A DNA stretch of 12,134 nucleotides, taken from assembly GCA_964247135.1 (NCBI GenBank), contig CAXTTL010000147.1, positions 1-12,134 of the forward strand, given 5' to 3'. Source of the stretch: an uncultured Deinococcales bacterium (GTDB lineage Bacteria > Deinococcota > Deinococci > Deinococcales > JAAFIG01). The translations under genes were made by a program, and so were the position numbers. The notes beneath the pieces are model-generated. The model searched no databases and had not been told where the DNA came from. It was given only the letters and a program-made list of their open reading frames with translations. Positions 7,702-12,134 of the stretch are shown piece by piece; within the stretch, counting starts at the first letter, position 1; every line of letters begins with the position of its first letter.

Positions 7702-8301
7702 TTACTTCGAGTAGTTCGTTTGCGCCTTATCCCAATTGACCACATTCCACCAAGCCTCGAGGTACTTGGGGCGCAAATTCTGGTATTTGAGGTAGTACGC
7801 GTGCTCCCAGACATCCACACCCAACACGGCGGTCGCACCCAACTCGAGCGGGGTGTCCTGGTTTGCGGTGCTGACCACCTCGAGCTTGCCGTCTTTGGAA
7901 ACCAACCATGCCCAACCCGAACCGAAGCGACCCACGCCGGCGGCATTGATTTTTTCTTTGAGGGCATCCAGACCGCCAAAGGTTGCCGTGATGGCTTCCG
8001 ACAGGCTGCCAACTGGGGCGCTCGAGCCGCCTGGAGTCATTAAATCCCAGAAGAAGCTGTGATTCCAGTGCCCGCCACCATTGTTGCGCACCGCACCGCG
8101 AATGTCCTCTGGAACGCCAGCAAGGTTCGAGAGCATCTCCTCGAGCGGCATGTCAATCTCTGGGTGCTTCTCGAGGGCGGCGTTGAGGTTATTCACGTAA
8201 GCCTGATGGTGCTTGCCGTGATGGATTTGCATGGTTTGCTCGTCGATGTGGGGTTCGAGCGCGTTGTGAGCGTATGGCAGAGGTGCGAGTTCGTATTTCA
8301 T
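7702..8301 (-). CDS. sodA: Manganese superoxide dismutase
   Basis: [46 protein letters not shown] and DVWEHAYY. The GGG and NQD residues are Mn-type. SD AGGAGG at 8307-8312. Confidence 0.95.
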   Translation of the reverse strand: MKYELAPLPYAHNALEPHIDEQTMQIHHGKHHQAYVNNLNAALEKHPEIDMPLEEMLSNLAGVPEDIRGAVRNNGGGHWNHSFFWDLMTPGGSSAPVGSLSEAITATFGGLDALKEKINAAGVGRFGSGWAWLVSKDGKLEVVSTANQDTPLELGATAVLGVDVWEHAYYLKYQNLRPKYLEAWWNVVNWDKAQTNYSK

Positions 8302-8306
8302 GAGTG

Positions 8307-8359
8307 CCTCCTTGGATTTCTTCTCGAGGATACCCGAGAAGTGTCAACTCGAGATTCTA
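8307..8359 (-). promoter_or_regulatory. sodA promoter and leader: -10 TAGAAT (8354-8359), stem-loop (8320-8341), SD AGGAGG (8307-8312)
   Basis: The minus strand reads TAGAAT-CTCGAG-ttgaca-CTTCTCGggtatcctCGAGAAG-aaatcca-AGGAGG-cactc-ATG. Confidence 0.55.
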
Positions 8360-8415
8360 CCCGTTCTTGAAGGTTTGCGTTTGTCACACTGAATAGGATT
8401 TGGTGGTTTGGGACT

Positions 8416-8421
8416 TAAACT
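8416..8421 (+). promoter_or_regulatory. -10 hexamer TAAACT of a probably leaderless kynA mRNA
   Basis: TAAACT-gtaggc-ATG(8428), with no clear SD. Confidence 0.55.
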
Positions 8422-8427
8422 GTAGGC

Positions 8428-9267
8428 ATGACCCAAGCAAACTCCGATTCGACTTTTGCCAGCGCCCATACGGACCTGAAAGACAAGTTCGATTACGGCT
8501 CGTACCTCAAACTCGAGCAACTGCTGTCCGCCCAGACCATGTTGACCGACACGCACGACGAGCCGTTGTTCATCATCATCCATCAGGTGTCCGAACTTTG
8601 GATGAAACTGATCGTCCACGAGCTGCAAAGCGCCATGAATTGTTTGACCCAGAACAACATCGAACCCGCCATGAAAATGCTGGCGCGGGTGTCTCGGGCG
8701 CAAGAGCAAATGACCAACGCCTGGGAGGTCTTAAAAACCATGACGCCCACCGATTATTTGACGTTTCGCTCGAGTTTCGGGCAGGCTTCGGGTTTTCAAT
8801 CGCATCAGTACCGTTTGATCGAATTTTTGTTCGGCAACAAGCAGGCGTTCATGCTCAAACCCCACGCGCATCAGCCCGAACATTACGCGCTACTCGAGAA
8901 CGCAATGCAGCAACCCAGCATTTACGATCTGGCGATTCGCTTGTTGCATCAACACGGTTTGAGTATTCCCGATGAACTGTTGACTCGAGATTTCGCGGTT
9001 TCATATCAAGCCAACGAAGCTGTGAAAAATGCTTGGCTTAAGGTCTACCGCAACACCGAAAAATACTGGGATTTGTACGCCCTGGCGGAAAAACTGATCG
9101 ATGTCGAGGACAATTTCAGGCGTTGGCGTTTCAACCACCTGACCACCGTCGAACGCGTGATCGGTTTTAAAGCCGGTTCGGGCGGCACGGCTGGCGTGCC
9201 GTACTTGCGTCGGGCGCTCGAGATTGTCCTGTTCCCAGAACTGTGGCAGATCAGAACGGAGCTGTAA
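8428..9267 (+). CDS. kynA: Tryptophan 2,3-dioxygenase
   Basis: YGSYLKLEQLLSAQ, HDEPLFIIIHQVSELW, MTPTDYLTFR, ASGFQS.QYR.IEF, WRFNHLTTVERVIG and GSGGTAGVPYL. Confidence 0.95.
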   Translation: MTQANSDSTFASAHTDLKDKFDYGSYLKLEQLLSAQTMLTDTHDEPLFIIIHQVSELWMKLIVHELQSAMNCLTQNNIEPAMKMLARVSRAQEQMTNAWEVLKTMTPTDYLTFRSSFGQASGFQSHQYRLIEFLFGNKQAFMLKPHAHQPEHYALLENAMQQPSIYDLAIRLLHQHGLSIPDELLTRDFAVSYQANEAVKNAWLKVYRNTEKYWDLYALAEKLIDVEDNFRRWRFNHLTTVERVIGFKAGSGGTAGVPYLRRALEIVLFPELWQIRTEL

Positions 9268-9932
9268 TGACTTTTGACCAAATGCGCGACCAACAACTCG
9301 AGATCGCCCAAAAAGCCGTGTTTGAAGGTTCACTCGAGCATGTGCGGCGTTTTGTGGCGGTGGACATGAGCGCCAACTCTTTTTTGCTGGGCGACGACGC
9401 GCCACTTTTCGCGGCTGCCGTGCTTCTCGAGCGCGGCAACAAAACACCGCTCGAGGTTGCCACCGCCACCATGAAACCCGATATTCCGTACCGCACGGGT
9501 TTTCTGGCATTTCGTGAAGCCCCAGTCATTCTGGCGGCACTCGAGAAATTAAAAGGTGATTTTGATTTGATCTGGTGCGACGGCAACGGCTTGATGCACC
9601 CGCGCCGCGCCGGAATCGCCACGCAGTTGGGCGTGCAACTCGAGAAACCATCCTTGGGCGTCGCCAAACAGCCGCTCACTGGAAAATATAAAGACGTGGC
9701 GCTCGAGGCTGGCGCAAAAGAACCTGTGGTGTCCTCGAGCGGTGAAATCTTGGGTTTTGCGTTGCGATCAAAACGCAACACGAAATTGATTTACGTCTCG
9801 CCAGGGCATTTGTGCGACGTCGATAGCGCTCTGGAATTCGTGCTCGAGCATTCGGACGGTTTGAGGATTCCGTACCCGACCCGTTTGGCGCATACTGCCT
9901 CGAATGAAGCACGAAAAGCAGGATCAGTATGA
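9267..9932 (+). CDS. nfi: Endonuclease V (deoxyinosine 3' endonuclease)
   Basis: VAVDMS, PYRTGFLAFRE, CDGNGLMHPRRAGIA, GVAK, YVSPGH and RIPYPTRLAH. ATG 9267 overlaps the kynA stop (TAATG). Confidence 0.92.
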   Translation: MTFDQMRDQQLEIAQKAVFEGSLEHVRRFVAVDMSANSFLLGDDAPLFAAAVLLERGNKTPLEVATATMKPDIPYRTGFLAFREAPVILAALEKLKGDFDLIWCDGNGLMHPRRAGIATQLGVQLEKPSLGVAKQPLTGKYKDVALEAGAKEPVVSSSGEILGFALRSKRNTKLIYVSPGHLCDVDSALEFVLEHSDGLRIPYPTRLAHTASNEARKAGSV

Positions 9933-9959
9933 GGCACGAGCAATCCTCAAATGACTTTT

Positions 9960-9984
9960 CTTGGTGTTGACCAAGTGCTAGCAT
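9960..9984 (+). promoter_or_regulatory. TA-module promoter: inverted repeat CTTGGT-N4-ACCAAG next to the extended -10 TGcTAGCAT, probably leaderless
   Basis: Inverted repeat at 9960-9975, palindrome TGCTAGCA at 9976-9983, and TAGCAT (9979-9984) 6 nt before ATG 9991. Confidence 0.55.
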
Positions 9985-9990
9985 TATCTT

Positions 9991-10230
9991 ATGAATCAGA
10001 TATTGCGCATCTCCATTCCCGAAAAAGTGTATTCAACCCTCGAGCGTGCCGCTAAAACCAGTCAACAACCACTCGAGAAAGTGGCGGCAGATTGGTTGGA
10101 GCAAGTGGCAGATGCAACGCAAGACCCACTCGATCAATTTATTGGATCATTCGCCAGTGGAATCAAAGATTTAGCTGATCAGCATGACAAATATCTTGGC
10201 GAATCACTTGCTGAACATTTAAAAGGATGA
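9991..10230 (+). CDS. Putative VapB-like antitoxin (ribbon-helix-helix-like N terminus)
   Basis: 79 aa. An alternating strand LRISIP is followed by helices (EKVYSTLERAAK...LEKVAADWL), then an acidic tail DPLDQFIG...DLADQHDKYL. It overlaps the PIN gene (ATGA). Confidence 0.7.
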   Translation: MNQILRISIPEKVYSTLERAAKTSQQPLEKVAADWLEQVADATQDPLDQFIGSFASGIKDLADQHDKYLGESLAEHLKG

Positions 10231-10649
10231 ACATTTTCGCAGATACATCTGGCTGGGCAAGTTTGCTCGATACAGACCAGGAATATCATTTATTGGCAGC
10301 ATCAATTTATAATTCTGTACAGCAAAGCAACCAACAGTTCATAACAACAAATTATGTGATTGCCGAGTTGGTGTCCTTACTCAACAGTCCAATGCGATAC
10401 CCACGTGAAAAAGCTGTCCATTTCGTAAACAGTATTAAGAATTCAAAATTTGTTCGTGTTGTTCACATTGATGAAACACTGGACAACGAAGCATGGGAAT
10501 TACTTTCTAAACGCTTAGACAAAACTTGGAGTTTGGTGGATTGCTCGAGTTTCGTCGTCATGCAACGGGAAAAACTCACCGAGGCTTTCACTGCCGATCA
10601 TCACTTTGCTCAAGCCGGTTTCATTCCATTGCTTAAAGTTCGCAAGTGA
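10227..10649 (+). CDS. vapC: PIN-domain ribonuclease, VapC-family toxin
   Basis: IFADTS, TTNYVIAE, SLVDCSSF and AFTADHHF contain the four conserved acidic PIN positions. 140 aa. Confidence 0.88.
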   Translation: MNIFADTSGWASLLDTDQEYHLLAASIYNSVQQSNQQFITTNYVIAELVSLLNSPMRYPREKAVHFVNSIKNSKFVRVVHIDETLDNEAWELLSKRLDKTWSLVDCSSFVVMQREKLTEAFTADHHFAQAGFIPLLKVRK

Positions 10650-10661
10650 GACAGGATTCTG

Positions 10662-10997
10662 ATGTCACAACCTAAAAACTCGAGCATTTTTACCCTTGCC
10701 GTCTTCCGAGTCTCGAGCGACAATCAAAAAGCCTTTATTGCCGCCTGGAATGCGCTGTGCTCGGCATTCTTACAACTTCCGCAACCGCCAGCCACCAACA
10801 TGACCTTGATTCAAAGCACCGAAAACCTCGAGGTATTTCAATCTTTGGGCGCGTGGCACAGCCTGGAAGACGTTCAGGCGATGCGGGTTAATCTCGAGAT
10901 TGTGCTCTTGATGAACGCGATGGTGGCACTGACCGATCAGGCGCAACCTGGAACGTTTAAGGTTATTGGCGTTGTGCCTGAGCATGATAATCTTTGA
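10662..10997 (+). CDS. Dimeric alpha-beta barrel (ABM/antibiotic biosynthesis monooxygenase-like) protein
   Basis: 111 aa with the pattern FRV..DNQKAFIAAW...TLIQS.EN...F.SLGAWHSLED..A typical of ABM-like folds. Possible SD AGGA upstream. Confidence 0.6.
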   Translation: MSQPKNSSIFTLAVFRVSSDNQKAFIAAWNALCSAFLQLPQPPATNMTLIQSTENLEVFQSLGAWHSLEDVQAMRVNLEIVLLMNAMVALTDQAQPGTFKVIGVVPEHDNL

Positions 10998-10999
10998 GC

Positions 11000-11584
11000 A
11001 TGACGCCAAATCAAATCGCGTTCGAGTTCAGAGCCGCATTTGAAGACACCCAAGGTTGGATGATCGGACACACCGCCTTCAAAAACGGCTGGCACGGCGA
11101 CGGCTGGCTCGAGAAAGGCGTTTTGGTGCGCGACCCAGCGCGTTTGTACACCCTGTTAAAACACCAAGCCAACGCCATCAAAAAGCACTTCCCACAAACC
11201 GAACTGATTGTCGGCATTCCCGCCTGCGGCGCGGTGGTCGCCAGTTTTGTCGCCGCGCATCTGGAACTTCCACTGGCGCTGACCATACCCGTCGCAGAAA
11301 ACCTCGAGTTTCATCGAATGCACGTGCCGCAAGCTGGTTTAAAAACCGTGATCGTCGATGATCTGATTTTTTCGGGCAGCGACGCTCGAGCGCACCTGCA
11401 ATTCTTGGGCAAGCACGGTCTGGAAGTGCTTGGCATTAGCGCCTGGGTTTCTCGGGTTGGTACAGAATTGGATGGCGTGCCGCTGGCGACCTTGATGCCC
11501 GCACCGTTTCAAACGTTTTCGGCAACCAATTGCCCGTTGTGTCTGCAAGCCGAAGTGATTCGTTGGCAGGATATTCGGGAGTAA
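11000..11584 (+). CDS. Type I phosphoribosyltransferase, divergent PyrE (orotate PRTase)-like
   Basis: PRPP-loop-like VIVDDLIFSGS, N-terminal GHTAFKNGWHG (compare GHF...SG.HS of PyrE), IVGIPACGAVVA and a C-terminal CPLC as in Thermus/Firmicutes-type PyrE. The start is either ATG 11000 or TTG 10994. Confidence 0.75.
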   Translation: MTPNQIAFEFRAAFEDTQGWMIGHTAFKNGWHGDGWLEKGVLVRDPARLYTLLKHQANAIKKHFPQTELIVGIPACGAVVASFVAAHLELPLALTIPVAENLEFHRMHVPQAGLKTVIVDDLIFSGSDARAHLQFLGKHGLEVLGISAWVSRVGTELDGVPLATLMPAPFQTFSATNCPLCLQAEVIRWQDIRE

Positions 11585-11590
11585 GGTGTT

Positions 11591-11618
11591 GTAGGGGCAA
11601 GGCATGTCTCGCCCCTAC
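11591..11618. repeat. GTAG-type REP-like 28-bp palindrome
   Basis: GTAGGGGCAAGGCATGTCTCGCCCCTAC has 12 of 14 positions Watson-Crick self-complementary, begins with GTAG on both strands, and is intergenic between convergent genes. Confidence 0.7.
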
Positions 11619-11678
11619 GTGACCAGTTGCTTAAACACGTTCTCCTCAAGAATTACTCGAGCCTTACCGCACAAAATA

Positions 11679-12134
11679 TCATTGAGCTTCCCACAACGCC
11701 CTGAATTCTCGAGCGTTCGTCAAGCCCTGCCCTCGGGTGGTGTTCTCGAGGAAGACAAAAGCATTCTCGACTTTGGAGGCTTTTAAAGCGGTTACCCACG
11801 GATTCAGTTCGGCTGGTGTGTACAAGTAATCGTGACGTTCGGCGGCGTCTTTGCCATCAAACCAATTCGCACGGTTGCGCCCATGCAAGCGCAAATACAC
11901 CAACTTGTCACGCCGCAAGACGGGCGCGGGCAACCCCTCGAGCGCGGGCAAATCGACGCTAACAGGATGCAAACCAATGTCTGCCAGAAATTGATAGACG
12001 ATGTCCTTGTCCCAACTGGCGTGCCGAAATTCCACCGCCACGTCCACCCCCGCGAACCATTGGGCAAGTTTGCTCAAATAGGCTCGAGATTCGCTGGTAT
12101 TTTTAAACGAGAATGGAAATTGAGCCAGAAGTGG
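11679..12134 (-). CDS. DUF72 (YecE/YunF-like) protein, 5'-truncated by the window edge
   Basis: The frame is open to base 12134 (PLLAQFPFSFKN...). Motifs: VAVEFRHASW, VSVDLP, YLRLHGRN, HDYLY and FVFLEN. Confidence 0.88.
   Translation of the reverse strand, partial: PLLAQFPFSFKNTSESRAYLSKLAQWFAGVDVAVEFRHASWDKDIVYQFLADIGLHPVSVDLPALEGLPAPVLRRDKLVYLRLHGRNRANWFDGKDAAERHDYLYTPAELNPWVTALKASKVENAFVFLENTTRGQGLTNAREFRALWEAQ

Larger units (their letters stand above)
80..12088. repeat. Dispersed highly iterated palindrome CTCGAG, about 89 copies
   Basis: Manual count from the first copy at 80-85 to the last at 12083-12088. It is present in every gene and most intergenic regions. Confidence 0.95.

Noticed and set aside
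8342-8347. Perfect TTGACA on the minus strand upstream of sodA as a -35 element
   Set aside because: There is no TAnnnT hexamer 16-18 nt downstream, and it lies 3' of the better -10 candidate.
8302-8427. Deinococcal RDRM (DdrO box) upstream of sodA or kynA-nfi
   Set aside because: No convincing match to the 17-bp TTATG...CGTAA-type palindrome was seen by eye.
8400-9781. Alternative-frame and antisense ORFs over kynA and nfi (8400-8975, 9001-9510, 9251-9781)
   Set aside because: They overlap confidently identified genes and have Arg/Ser-rich, non-protein-like composition.
80-12088. CTCGAG copies as a CRISPR array, tandem repeat or XhoI cloning scars
   Set aside because: Spacing is irregular, flanks are not conserved, and the sites sit in frame within intact conserved genes.
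362-12107. TTTAAA seen about 10 times as a second iterated palindrome
   Set aside because: It is plausibly explained by frequent TTT/AAA codons and A/T runs, and is far weaker than the CTCGAG signal. A Markov test would be needed.

Overview
Bacterial chromosomal window, most likely Deinococcota (Thermus/Deinococcus-type ArgRS, several apparently leaderless genes), of moderate GC. Gene order: 5'-truncated HigA-like HTH antitoxin (+), argS (-), a 58-aa small ORF translationally coupled to a 1293-aa lipoprotein ExeM/NucH-type nuclease (+), a GAF + degenerate HD-GYP protein (+), Mn-SOD sodA (-), kynA and nfi (+), a VapBC-like pair followed by an ABM-like gene and a divergent PyrE-like phosphoribosyltransferase (+), a GTAG-type REP-like palindrome, and a 5'-truncated DUF72 gene (-). 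Two signals stand out. (1) The palindrome CTCGAG occurs about 89 times by hand count, against about 3 expected at uniform base composition. It occurs in all three codon phases and in regulatory hairpins, behaving like a HIP1-style highly iterated palindrome. (2) The small ORF upstream of the nuclease carries an exact lasso/RRE-type leader motif (YxxPxLxxxGxxxxxT) but has no lasso core and no maturation genes in the window. All counts are manual and no database searches were run.
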